A DNA stretch of 63,531 bases, filler included, from Globobulimina sp. (Eukaryota): NCBI GenBank assembly GCA_003354225.1. It is 24 parts of 24 records of this genome, joined end to end, with 100 filler letters (N's around TTAATTAATTAA, not from the genome) between each part and the next. Parts side by side here need not be neighbours in the genome. Positions count along the whole stretch, not along the records: positions 21,219 to 23,770 come from PIVH01006026.1; positions 23,871 to 26,422 come from PIVH01006027.1; positions 26,523 to 29,074 come from PIVH01006028.1; positions 29,175 to 31,725 come from PIVH01006029.1; positions 31,826 to 34,376 come from PIVH01006030.1; 19 more parts are not named here. One strand, written 5' to 3'. Each line of letters starts with the position of its first letter. The first letter of the stretch is position 1. The notes under the pieces are model-generated. The model did not search any database and had not been told where the DNA came from. It saw only the letters and a program-made list of their open reading frames with translations. Positions 21,675 to 34,018 of this stretch are shown here, piece by piece. Position numbers and translations under genes: made by a program.

Positions 21675-23290
21675 ATGTTTTTTTGCATTTTTGCTGAAAA
21701 ACTAGCAACTGCAGTTCAGACAGAAATGAATAAATCAACTAATAGTGGTGCAACCTCTGCCGAGGATATTAATTATATATTAGTGCTTGATCCGATAGCG
21801 ACGCATCATGGCGAATCACACAACAAACATCCAGGTGAATCTCCAATAAAAAAAGTGGTTTTTAATATGCTAAATGCCATCCTAGGTTTGCCAATATAAT
21901 GTTTATAAATATTTTATACATGGATGATAAATCATATATTCTTCTATTTATTTAATAGGAGCCGGCGTTATTGGCTTGCCGTATGTTTTTAGCACTGCCG
22001 GGCTATTTGGCGGTTTATCATTAATGTTTTTCTTCGCATTTATTAGTGCTTATTCACTAAAATTATTAATAATTTCTGCAAAATTAACTAAACAAAATAA
22101 TTATGAAAGTTTATGCGAGCATCTATTTGGTTTAAAGGGCTATATTTTTGTAAGTATCATATTATTTGTATTTGATTTTGGAGCATCACTCTCTTATTTG
22201 ATAATCCTCGGCGATGCAGCATCAAATATCACAGCGATTTGGGGCTACGATTCCTTATTTGATAGGCAAATGGTGATATTATTGTCTTCGGTCGTCATTA
22301 TTCTGCCTACTGTGTTACCCAGAGATATTTCAAAGATTGAGAAAGTTTCCGCAGTTTCCGTATTAACAGTGGTCTTAATAATGATTATTGTTATTTATGA
22401 GTGGATGTTCGAATATAGTTTTGTTATAACGTGAGATCCAAACAACAAATATCTTGTACATATTTCAGAAGAGCACTGCTATTCGATGCACAATTCAGTT
22501 TCGGTAAACAATAAAAAAAAACGTTTTGGCATCGAATACGACTCTCAAAATATGTACAAAATATTTTAGAAACGACATAAATTGGACAATAAATGTAAAC
22601 GGACTGCCAATGGCTATCGGAATCATTGCGTTTTCGTTCGTATGCCATGATACTTCATTTTTGCTTTACAATACGTTAAAAAATCCGACGATATCAAGAT
22701 GGTCAATATTGGCATATTGCGGCAGTTTGACGGCAGTGGTTATTTGTTCATGCTTTGCAATTCCTGGATATTTGACGTTTGGTGGTTCAGTGGAAGATAA
22801 TATTTTGAATAATTATGATAAAAAAAATATAGTCATAGTATGTGCGCGATTTGTATATTGTATGACTATGGCATTAACATATCCATGCTCGTTTTTTGTT
22901 GTCCGACATGTTTGTTATGCAATATTTTATCATCATACTGGCAACAGGCAATCGATTAAAACTGTATCTCTAAGCAAGCATTTATTATTTACTTTACCTA
23001 TATTTATGTTAAACGTGTTAATGGCGATATATATACAAAATCTAGGACTGGTTATGTCGATTTCAGGATCATTGAGTGCTGTGATGTTAGCCTTTGTATT
23101 ACCATCAATATGTTATATAAAAACATCTCAATATAATATTCTATTTTGGAAAGAAAAGGGGAATAAAACAAAATGGTTAGCATTTAAAACAATATTTCCT
23201 CCGTTTTTATTATGCATATTTGGTATATGCACTGCTGTTGGAAGCACGGCATTTACATTGGCGCAACATTTTGGATTAAAATTCATATGA
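21675..23290 (+). CDS. Amino acid transporter (AAAP/SLC38 family), multi-exon
   Basis: FNMLNAIL|GAGVIGLPY (intron 21886..21958), AFSFVCH, GYLTFG..V..NILNNY, LTYP, FVLP. Splicing in 22420-22570 is ambiguous. Confidence 0.92.
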
Positions 23291-23471
23291 AATTAAGATC
23301 TAATTATATAATAAACTAATAACTTTTATAGGTTGTTTCATTTTATTATTTTTTTTGATTTGATTGATTGATTGTCTGCACATAGAAGAATCAGTAAAGA
23401 AACTGTGAAATTCAAAACCGTAAAGAAACTTTTCTAGCCACTTTTAAATAGGAAAACTCTCTTTTTTAAGT

Positions 23472-23770
23472 ATGGCGGCTTATGTAGCAAGCACCGAAGC
23501 AAATATTGGTGAGGAAGGATTCAAAGCTGTATCAACATTAAAAGAATACTTATCGGATTTGCCAAGTGTTTATGCGAAATTGGAGAGGCAGGGAATGACA
23601 GAATTAGATATTTTTGTATTTATAAATGAGAAAGATTTAGAAAGATTATGCGGAAAAAGTGGAATTGATTTGGAATTTATGGAAGCAGTTAAATTTAAAT
23701 CAGCTGTTCGAAAGCTTCAATCTCGAAATGCACAAAAACAAAAAAGTCATATTGTGTTATTGTCAATGGC
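23472..23770 (+). CDS. Protein with SAM-like N-terminus, truncated
   Basis: L.EYL..L.S.Y.KL...G....D.....EKDL..LC...GI.......KF..AV.KL pattern. Confidence 0.5.
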
Positions 23771-23870
23771 NNNNNNNNNNNNNNNNNNNNNNNNNNNNNN
23801 NNNNNNNNNNNNNNTTAATTAATTAANNNNNNNNNNNNNNNNNNNNNNNNNNNNNNNNNNNNNNNNNNNN

Positions 23871-25590
23871 TGAGGAGAATAATGATAAATTATTAAATAA
23901 TAAATATTATGGATCGCAATTAATTAATAAATCAGCGACTTCTTCATTAAATATTACAATTAATTTAAATAAATATTCATTTTCGACAATCCCAATGATG
24001 TTAACATCGATCCGCAAGTTATCGTGCAATGACACCATATCACAATATGTAACAACCATTGTTTCCATGTCATTGAATGAAATAATAATAGAAATCTCAC
24101 GAATCGATAGCAATGTTGAATGGTTGAATGATGTTTATCTGGATTGGGTTTTATGGGAATCGAATATAAATATTAATAGTAATGATTTGCTGTCAACGCA
24201 AGGCATCATTGATCTAAATATACCATCGGATGATACACAAAACAATCAATATTCATTTGTTGTTAATTTTAATAACAAACAGTTTATTGTGAATGGACCA
24301 ATTATTTTATTACAAACCATGCAAACAAAAGCAACCGTTTCTGGAACAATATATAAATTTGCGACCACTGCAATTAATAATAATTATAATAATTTTACAG
24401 TAACGTTACAATTATTAAATCCATCGAATAATGATGCAAATATCGAAAATATTGCTTTACAAATTATGTATTGGTCATTTGAAAGAATAACATTAAAAGA
24501 AAATATCTCATCAATTGCAACAAATTCGATAATTACCGGTCCGATTCTGGATGAAATACAACAAACATTTCGCACAAATTATAGTCAAACATACCGTGTT
24601 ATAAATTCAATGCAATATGGAAATGATTTGCGTTTTATTGAAAATAATGTCATTTTAGATTGGATTGATAATCATACAAATTTTGTGTCGTCGTATCATG
24701 CAAATAATATTAATAATAATGGTGAATTATATACATGTCAAAATTCATTGGAATATGTCAAACGTGAATATGATCCATATTGTGATGAACGAGTTGCATG
24801 CAATTTTTATCCAACTTCATCGCAGTCATACATTAAAAATGAGAATGATACGCTACGATTTTCGAGCATTATTGACCAAGCACATGGCACTGGAATGGAT
24901 ATTGATAATGGAAGTTATTTATTATTATTACAAAGAAGATGTGCTGGACGCGATGATAGCACATGGAATGGCGATTTATTTCAACACGGATGTTTATCAC
25001 CATCCAATCACTCGGAATCAAATATTTTTTTATTATATGATGCATCAGAAATGGTCAGTTATTTAAGTCGAAGATTATATGTATTACAACAATACAAACC
25101 ATTGCAATTTAGCAGCATATTCAATGGAGATATAAATAAATATAAAGCAACATACAAAACAGAATGGAATCCAATGAATAAGTCATCCCTTTATTATCCC
25201 AATGGTTTACCTCCAAATATACATTTATTTGATTTAAGATATGCTTATTTGAATAACACAGCTTTAATTTTTCAATTATGGAATATGTTCGAAGTGAATG
25301 AAAATAAACAACTTTCAATCGATGAAACAATATCAATCAATGCTATATTTGATAATAATATGTTAAATATTGAGAATATTACAGAAATGACATTAAATGC
25401 TATTGTTCCTTTACAAAATCTAAATCGATTAAAATGGAATGTGATAACAAACAAAGATAATAATGTTGTTATTGTGGATAAAGATAATATTACAAAAAAA
25501 CGGAAACTTAAAAAAGAAGAAGCGTCATTACAAATTAATATGACACCAAGAGATATTCGGACATTCATTGCAAATCAAAATGTTAACTGA
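23871..25590 (+). CDS. GH38 alpha-mannosidase-like protein, C-terminal part
   Basis: LYTCQNSLEYVKR, ACNFYPTSSQSYI, IIDQAHG and NGSYLLLLQRR parallel the lysosomal alpha-mannosidase C-domain motifs (FYTDSNG, GNYYP, DRSQG, ELMVHRR). Ends MTPRDIRTF. Confidence 0.75.
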
Positions 25591-25875
25591 TATTTTTGTT
25601 TGTATTTTGTGATCCCATGACTGTACGTGTTTGTTTGTTTGTGTATTAAAGTTTTGAGTCGGAGCTTTTACTGCAAGTCAAGGGAAAAAAAAATCATTTA
25701 AGCTGGTTTTAATCTTGGTCTGTTGTTCGTGATGACTGTTTAGTCTGTTTGCTAATTTTGAGCAAATTCGACGAGAATAATGCCTATATTAAAACAAAAG
25801 TCTGTTCACAGTCCCCAGTAAAAATACCATAGGATTTTTGGAGATTTGGAATTGGATTTTTGAAGGAAAGATCAG

Positions 25876-26232
25876 ATGGATCATAGGCAGCATCTTAGAA
25901 TTGTATGGGCTGCTTCATTTTTTATATTAATGTTTGTATTTGGAATGCTTTTATTAATATATCGGTGGGGCTGTCATTGCCGCGATAGACATAAAAATAA
26001 AACAGCAAATAATAATAATGATAATGTTGATGAGACGCAACCTTTCCTTGATATTCGATCAGAATATACAATAAAAAAACAACAACGACAACAACATGAT
26101 GCCATTGCATTTTTGATTGCGACAAGTATTGGGAATAAATATGGCGATGACTATGAGTTAATTGCACATTACGGCTCGACTGCAATTACAAATGAAATGT
26201 CCAAAGTAAACAGTAATATTTTTAAACTTTAA
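25876..26232 (+). CDS. Small single-pass membrane protein
   Basis: 118-aa ATG ORF with one N-terminal TM helix. Confidence 0.5.
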   Translation: MDHRQHLRIVWAASFFILMFVFGMLLLIYRWGCHCRDRHKNKTANNNNDNVDETQPFLDIRSEYTIKKQQRQQHDAIAFLIATSIGNKYGDDYELIAHYGSTAITNEMSKVNSNIFKL

Positions 26233-26756
26233 AGTGATCATGATTTAATACGTCGATTATTTGTTGTACAGTTGTACTTTTGTAATTTTGTGTAATTTTG
26301 TGAATCGTATCAAAACATAAGCAGGGACACCATGTTTTGCAAAGACTCTCACCCTATACTTTTGTTTTAAAAAGACTGTTTTTGTCAAAATCATGTCGTC
26401 GATCCCCTTCGTTTCAGAACCTNNNNNNNNNNNNNNNNNNNNNNNNNNNNNNNNNNNNNNNNNNNNTTAATTAATTAANNNNNNNNNNNNNNNNNNNNNN
26501 NNNNNNNNNNNNNNNNNNNNNNTAATGACAAATAACATAGAATTATCACCATGTTCAGGTTTGAGTTAAGCTAGAAAAAAACTTCTAAAGTACTCAATAT
26601 TTGACAAGAGACTCATTTGAAGGCAAACTTTACAAACGCGGAAAGTTCAATAAAGGATGGAAATAACGGTTCTTTGTATGTTAAAAGTTTTTCTCATTGG
26701 CTTCCATTTGAATTAATTACCAGCAAAAAACATATGTTACATAGATCATGATCAAA

Positions 26757-27758
26757 TTATAGATTTTGTTGAAGAATCTGGTTTCTGACTTTTGTGATTG
26801 CCTTTCCTAACAAATTTAATCCTTTCCAATTCCGTTTGTGTTTTGCCGCCGGATCAGTGACAGCCAAACCAATTCCCCATATTCTATCTGCAGCCGAGGC
26901 TTCGACAAAATATACACTTTTATCATAACTCAAGAGTTTATTTTTCAGACTCTCGTTTTGTGTAAATTTTGCCAAATTCCCTTTGTAAACAATTTCTTGA
27001 CGATGAGCAATCCATATTTTTTCTTTAAAGCCAGAAACCCTCCGACCGAGTTTCATAATTTTGCTCGGATCCTTTTGCAATAAAATCAATTCCAAAGACT
27101 CCCCATCTTTGAATAATTTCGCTTTTTCAGCCATCATAAATTGCTCACAATTCTCATATTTAATATTATCAATCACAAATTTTGAAGGGAACCATTGACT
27201 GAAGACATCTTTGTAAAATAATACATATTTATCGGTCACCACTGCATCTTTTACATAATGTTTGTAATTATATGCAACAAAATAATCATATCCATCTTCA
27301 TCCGTCTTATTTTCATTATTTTTAACCATTTCATTCCGCCTTTTCTTTTTTTTCTTATTTTCATTTTTTTCCTCTTCCACACAATTTTGTTTTTGATTTT
27401 GATTTTTTAAGTCATTTAGGTATGAAATACATTCATATATCGGCATTGAACCTGATTCTTTTAGATATTTCTTGTAAATATTATTTAATTTTGATGCAAG
27501 TTTTTGTAAAAACGTTTTGGAATATTTTTCAATGCTTTTTGCATTGTTTGCTACTGTGATATTTACCGTGTTATCATTTGATTTGGCAAATCTTGTTTCA
27601 ATGGTCTTTGTTTTCGTGATGCATATGACACAAATGATTATCAATTGATTGGTAGTTATTGTCACTTGTGCTTGATCTGGATACACTGCCTTAATGGTTT
27701 CCATTTCTTGTTCAAATTCTTCATCAGTATAAATATACATATGGCTTGAATATGACAT
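26757..27758 (-). CDS. NADAR (YbiA/DUF1768) protein with RWD-like N-terminus
   Basis: FSQWF, CEQFMMAEKA.LF.D, KLGR, KFTQN, VEAS..DRIWGIGL and GLNLLG are NADAR motifs. EEFEQEMETIKAVYPD...IYECISYL resembles RWD. Confidence 0.9.
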   Translation of the reverse strand: MSYSSHMYIYTDEEFEQEMETIKAVYPDQAQVTITTNQLIIICVICITKTKTIETRFAKSNDNTVNITVANNAKSIEKYSKTFLQKLASKLNNIYKKYLKESGSMPIYECISYLNDLKNQNQKQNCVEEEKNENKKKKKRRNEMVKNNENKTDEDGYDYFVAYNYKHYVKDAVVTDKYVLFYKDVFSQWFPSKFVIDNIKYENCEQFMMAEKAKLFKDGESLELILLQKDPSKIMKLGRRVSGFKEKIWIAHRQEIVYKGNLAKFTQNESLKNKLLSYDKSVYFVEASAADRIWGIGLAVTDPAAKHKRNWKGLNLLGKAITKVRNQILQQNL

Positions 27759-27817
27759 GACGTTTCGAGATACAAAGGTACAATAAATTTACATTTTAAG
27801 TGAAAAACAATTTTGTA

Positions 27818-29074
27818 ATGGCGGAAGGTTCAGATTCGAAATCCTCCCACAATGCACCAGATTTGCTTCAAACATCCGGACTCGGTCAATTAATGTCTAT
27901 TTTAAAAGGCCATCTTGACTTAATGCAGGAGAAAGAGGCTCATGTTGATAGTGTAATTAAATCCTCTCAAAGCAACGAATTATTGCATCAGGCAAAAAAT
28001 AAAGCGTTACAAAACGAAAAAGAATTATTATTAGGCATTATGAATGATATTGGTGAAATGAGCAATTTCTTAAATGATATAATATTAATTGAAAACTTAT
28101 TCAATAACAAATTTTCGGATTTAAAACAAGAGCAAGAAACCGCCAGAAACACATTTGCTAAAAATATATTCAAATATGAAAATAAAGCCAAACCCAGAAA
28201 CAATGTAAAATCATTTGTAGAGTTAGTATTTGGCGGCCAAACTCATATTAGTTCCTTGCAAACCTGGCTGGACAAATTAGTGCGGCAATGCAACAAAGAA
28301 AACATTGAAATAATATCTCAAACGGGTGCCTGTTGCAAGAAAATCGAGCGAGCCTTTTATAAATCATTTTATGTCTATTTAAAGGATGATGGCTATAATG
28401 ATATGACGGATGTAATGCGATGTTCGTTGGTATTTGACAATTTTGCCGCTATTTACAAAACGTTTTCCATTATGGAGCTGATGGCGGATGAAACTGTTGG
28501 CGGTTTGTTGAGAGTGAAGGACAGATTCCATCCGGAAACAATGCCATTCGGTTATAGAGATTTAATGATTAATGTATACTGTCCCGGCGCCAAAATTATT
28601 TGTGAAATTCAGCTACATCATAAATTATTTTATGATTTGAAGAAAATCTCACATAAAATGTATAAACGAGCGAGGCTGTTCGAAAGGAAAGAGACGAATT
28701 TAGCTTATCAGTATGCGACAAAGTATATGCGTCCAAAAATTGGAAAATTAAAAGTATACCAAACTGTAGACAGTGATTATGATAACGACGAGGATCAAAA
28801 AGAACAAGTTGTAAAATTTGGGGCGTTGTTGAAAATGTGGGGGCTGCAAAAATATACTCAAACATTCGAGGATGAGGGTTGGGATGATGTTGGTATGTAA
28901 TGTATCATATAAAATATATAATTAATTAACTCACAAATAATATCACTGTATATACAGCTGATTGGCATGAATTGGTTGATGACGATTTAAAGGCAATGAA
29001 AGTATGTTAAATGATATCCGATTGAAAATATTACAGATTGTTTTTGTTTTTTTTGATCCATTCAGTTGGCGACA
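27818..29074 (+). CDS. RelA/SpoT-type nucleotide synthetase domain plus C-terminal SAM domain (introns; 3'-truncated)
   Basis: KKIERAFYK, TDVMRCSLV, RVKDRF...GYRDLMINV and CEIQLHH correspond to Syn1-4. SAM LLKMWGLQKYTQTFEDEGWDDV|ADWHELVDDDLKAMK|LAT is spliced over introns 28893..28957 and 29002..29065. Confidence 0.8.
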
Positions 29075-29174
29075 NNNNNNNNNNNNNNNNNNNNNNNNNN
29101 NNNNNNNNNNNNNNNNNNTTAATTAATTAANNNNNNNNNNNNNNNNNNNNNNNNNNNNNNNNNNNNNNNNNNNN

Positions 29175-31356
29175 TTGGCGGTGTATTTGTAGGTGATAAT
29201 GATGGTATCTTTGTAGGCGATGATGATGGCTTATTTGTCTGTGTTAATGATGGTATCTTTGTTGGTGTTAATGAGGGAGTATTTGTCGGTGTTAATGATG
29301 GCTTATTTGTAGGTGACATTGAAGGAATCTCTGTAGGTGATAATGACGGTATCTCTGTAGGCGATAATGATGGCTTATTTGTCGGTACATTTGTGGGTGT
29401 TAATGACGGAATATTTGTTGGATTGGATGTTGGTTTATTGGATGGTGAATAAGTTGGATATTTTGTGGTAGACACGTTCGGATTGTTTGTTGGAAACGAG
29501 GTTGGATTCGGAGTAGTGGTTGGTATTGACGCTGGATTTGTTGTTCTGGTTGGTATTACTGTTGGTATTACTGTTGGTATTACTGTTGGTATTACTGTTG
29601 GTATTACTGTTGGGCTGGTTGTTGTTCTGGTTGGTGATTTGGATAGGAATGGTGTCGGACTTTGTGTTGGCAGCGTAGGCGATTCTGTTGGCGCCGGAGT
29701 CGGATCATAAGTGTTTCCGCCAGTTAATGGGTTGCGAGTAGGTGAGGGTGTACACCATTGATTGCCTAAATCTTGTCCGATAACATTATCACAATCACAA
29801 TTATTTAGCTCATTTGCATAAATACAATTGGATAAACAATCTAATTTGGCAATCTTACTGCAACCAATGCATTGACTGTAATTTGTATCTTTATAATACC
29901 AAATGTCACATCGTTCTAATTCTGGGCCACCATTAACAAGCCATTGGTTACCATCATAATAATAATGATTTTCTTTGCATTTTAAGTTATAATCGCCTTC
30001 GTAATCTGACCACCACCAATCAATCCATTCCGTACCAAAATAATAACTGCCTTCTTCGGGAAGACGGAAGAATTTGTCTCGGGTTGTCTTACAAATAAAA
30101 GAGTACGGCTCACACGTTTGTTGAGGCGGGAAATGATTGGAAACAAACATGACTGACCACGAATTAATACTAAATCCATTCACAATATCACCATTATTAG
30201 AAACTGCTACTTCCATTTCATTGGCAGCGCCATCATATAAACTATAACAAGCCACTGGTTTTTCAGTGCGATTCACAGAATAAAATTCCAACATTAATGT
30301 AAAATATTTGCCATCCGGATGATAATCATCCACAACAATTTTCGTTCTTTCATCAAAATGAGCGCCAGAAGCTAATGGATAAGAGATTTCTTTTGTAAAT
30401 CGAGAATATACCGTATCAACGCCATTCATTCCCGCCACAAAACCAGCTCCCTGATAATCATATTTCTTTGCAAATATTGTTTCGCAATGACCATCAGTAT
30501 AACACGTATTAGCACCGCAAATGCCTTCCGATTCAAACCAACAACGATCTTCTACGCAAAAAGCACTCGCTCTGTGACTAAAAGAACAGCTCGCAAAAAA
30601 ATCACAATGTGACCCACCACCATATTCTGGTAACACCCAATCACTAAATGAAGCATATATAATTATATATTATTTATAATTGTGTATGAATTTCAAACAT
30701 ACCATGTAAAATGTGCAGTTATGCCAGGTTCCTCATACCACGATTGATTGCATGAATTTTCATCGTATTGTTTGAATCTGGCTGCTTGGTTTGCGTCAGA
30801 ATACCAATATAATGGGGATTTACCGGCCCTAGCATTGCCACAATATTCACAGTTGGGACACCAATATGTTCTGCCCGCCCTCTCATTTGCTCCAAATACC
30901 CATTTCCCCCATTTAAGTTCCAATGTATGGTTGGCAAACATTCGAAATAACTGCATATCATATTCGATATTCGTATTAATTTATATTGGTTTGCAAACAT
31001 GTCCGCAGATATATTTATATTGTTTATCGACACATACGTTATGGAATGTTTGTTGAACTTTTTCTTCACTATTTGGAAATGCAGATAATTCTCCTCCTGG
31101 CGGAAACATTGGGCATATTCCGCGAAAATAGCACTATTATATTATTTTCAAATGTTATTATATTATATCATGCATATTATTGGTAAATTAAATATTGATA
31201 TTTCTTAACTGATGGATTGACATCAATCATATTATATGGTAGATTTTTCCCGCCAGTAAATTTGTTCAATGTGCCTGGATATGATATGGGTAATCCACCA
31301 TAAACAATATTCAATACTAACTGGGAAATATAAATCATCAGCAAGTGAGGAACCAT
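29175..31356 (-). CDS. Secreted Cys-rich protein with CAP/SCP-like domain and mucin-like TxxP stalk, multi-exon, 3'-truncated
   Basis: Signal-like MVPHLLMIYISQLVLNIVYG. Spliced PLYWYSDANQAARF...SFSHRA...ESEGI...GHCETIF..KYDYQGAGF. Long (P-T/S-x-x)n tail. Confidence 0.6.
29550..29612. repeat. 12-bp coding tandem repeat (PTVI)n
   Basis: TGGTATTACTGT repeated about 5 times, within broader 24-bp-period PS.SPT repeats. Confidence 0.9.
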
Positions 31357-31493
31357 TATCACACTCATGTTCGTCGACGAGAAAACTTTTACTAAAAACT
31401 CTAAAGTCAACAGCATACAGTCGCACTCAATCTGTTTGCGTTTTATGGTGTTGAGTGTAAAGCTTATACTTACACTCATTTAAGTCATCCACT

Positions 31494-31725
31494 ATGTTAG
31501 TAACAAAATACTCATATTTGTCATGCCACGGCTTAAAATCATGTCATTCCTCATTTATCGGTATTAATCTAAATATATCACGTTCCTACTCCATTGATAC
31601 GCCACCAGAAGAATTACAAAAGAATGTATCTGCATTAGTTGAAAATATTGATATGAAAAATTTAGCGTTACAATCTGCGGGTGGCAGAGCATCTGTATCC
31701 GGTGTAAGAGCCACTGTATTTGGTG
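31494..31725 (+). CDS. NDUFA9: Complex I 39-kDa subunit (NDUFA9), N-terminal fragment
   Basis: GGRASVSGVRATVFG matches the conserved GGRSSVSG..ATVFG, after a presequence-like leader. Confidence 0.85.
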
Positions 31726-32337
31726 NNNNNNNNNNNNNNNNNNNNNNNNNNNNNNNNNNNNNNNNNNNNTTAATTAATTAANNNNNNNNNNNNNNNNNNN
31801 NNNNNNNNNNNNNNNNNNNNNNNNNACGTATCTCTTTGGAGTTGTGATTTTAATAAGATTAAATCAGCATTGATATTCTTCGCTTTATGGATTGGTTGTG
31901 GTTGGTTTTGTTTATTTTTAGTAATATGATCAATTTTTTTTTCTCTAGTGGCAACTACGAAGTTTGCAAGGAATAAATTGAAAATCTTACACAAGTGATA
32001 AAATACACACCACACCAAAAACGGCTTCAAAAGTTAAACTCACAAAAGCCGGTCGGAAGATAACAAACTTATAAATCCTCATAAGTTTGGGATCAATCAC
32101 AAACGCATGGATAATGAAAATATCCCTATACAAACTTTACAAGCAAACAAAATAAAACAGAAACATCAAATATAAAATAAAATAAACATTGAACAAAAGC
32201 AAAAAGGTTTTTTGATAAATAAACAAAAACAAAGAGAGTCACTTACTTCAAAAGTATACTCAAAAGGGCACTGCAGTTTGAAAAGCAGTAAAGGGCAGAT
32301 TGTAAATATTTAGATAGACAAATTACAAATTTTAGAA

Positions 32338-33246
32338 TCAGATAAAATGCAACCTTCCAGTCTCAGTCACATATGCAGCCACAGCTTGTAGCACCAATTT
32401 ACGATGTTGCCATCTAATGTCTGTCTGCGGAAACAGTAATGACTTTAATGTAATGAGCCAATCACATTGTAAATAAAATGCAGAAACACGATGGAATAAA
32501 CGTATACGTTGTATAGAATATCGAGGGCAGCTAAGCATAAAATGGCTGACATCCTCAATCGCGCCACAAATACTTCGACCACTGTTATTTGGTGAACAAC
32601 AGTCAAGAACACAGGAAAGATACTGTATGTGCCCTTTATTCGTACGATGGTGGCGATTATAATACTGTCGATGTTGGCGTATATGTTGATACATATTCAA
32701 TCGAATATGTCCAGATCTTAATTGTAATAATATCATGGCTATGTACTGTGGCAATTGCAATTCTTTATATGGCTCAAAATGTGCATTGATATGGAAACGC
32801 CAATGATAAATATCGCATGAACTCAAATGATTAACGCGTAAATCATCAATATTCTCACGTCTACGTATATTAATTACGGAACGATGCGCCAATTTCTTCG
32901 CAATTTTCTCTGATATTGGCAATCTATTTACATATTTACTTCGGCCATCATGGAATAATTCATTCGCCGCCTTCTTCGCCAATGCATCCGCAACACGTAT
33001 ACCGTGATTTGTATCCCGTTTACATTTTTGAAAATGGATTTGTATATGATATCGATCATAAATATCATTGATATAATGATATATCTGTTGGATGTGGCGA
33101 ATAAGAACATAATCTGTGATACGCTGCAATTTACAGATCCATAACAATGCATTAATATTATCAGAGACAATATGTATACAAACAAAGTTTGACAAAAAGG
33201 ACGGGGGCAACTTCAAAATTTGTTGCAACAGAATATCAATTCCCAT
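32338..33246 (-). mobile_element. Non-LTR retrotransposon ORF2 3' part (RNase H plus C-terminal zinc knuckle), degenerate
   Basis: ELMGI...IVSDN..AL...ADALAKKAA (RNase H), then LLQLRSGH..LN...CGA.EDVSHFMLSCPRY...YVTETGRL. No RT or endonuclease upstream. Confidence 0.85.
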
Positions 33247-33319
33247 TAATTCCCATTAATTCCCATAGCCAACAGCAAGCCAGTCTTGTTGTATTGAGAC
33301 AATATCATATTGCAAAGAT

Positions 33320-34018
33320 TTACCCAGAAGTAACGAATTCATATATTTCTTCATTTTTAATCTCATATTTAACGCACGCTCCCGTTCTCTTAATATTTCT
33401 TATTTGAACGGCCACAATTTCGGACTTATTAATTGGTTGCTTATTCTCTGGAACTTTCTTCTTTTTTCGTCTCAATCTTTTATATGTTTGGCGGCGAGGG
33501 ACTGGATATTGTTGCATCCGTAACGAGTCTGGATGCTCTCTAATAATCGCAGGGAAACAGGTATCGCCTCTCGTGAATGAATTGGACGGTGATATGGGAG
33601 TTGCGGGGGTATATGAATCATCATCATTGTCGTTCTCCTTTTTATCAACAAAATCCTCCCAATCTGGTCTATAATACGTGATGCCATTCTTATTAATGAC
33701 AGTTACTTTATGTGCAGGCTCTGGATTGTCCCAATTTGGAGGCACATTTGGTGCAGTTACTACGTCTTGGAATATTGCGATCATTTCATCATTATTACTT
33801 AATATTAATTTATCTTTGATATGGTACACTTTTTGTTTATGCAGCGGCAACGTATCTCTTTGGAGTTGTGATTGTAATAAAATTAAATCAACATTGATAT
33901 TCTTCTCTTTATGGATTGGTTGTGGTTGGTTTTGTTTATTTTTATTAATATGATCAATTTTTTTTTCTCTAGTGGCAACTACGAAGTTTGCAAGGAATAA
34001 ATTGAAAATCGTACACAA
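33320..34018 (-). CDS. Element-associated ORF (possible ORF1 N-terminus)
   Basis: 232-aa ORF directly upstream of the RNase H fragment. Its 5' part is duplicated at 31826-32010. Confidence 0.5.
   Translation of the reverse strand: MCTIFNLFLANFVVATREKKIDHINKNKQNQPQPIHKEKNINVDLILLQSQLQRDTLPLHKQKVYHIKDKLILSNNDEMIAIFQDVVTAPNVPPNWDNPEPAHKVTVINKNGITYYRPDWEDFVDKKENDNDDDSYTPATPISPSNSFTRGDTCFPAIIREHPDSLRMQQYPVPRRQTYKRLRRKKKKVPENKQPINKSEIVAVQIRNIKRTGACVKYEIKNEEIYEFVTSG

Noticed and set aside
11965-27758. Functional link between phage DUF4326 and the NADAR/ART genes
   Set aside because: Different contigs from different organisms. Proximity is an artefact of sorting by length.
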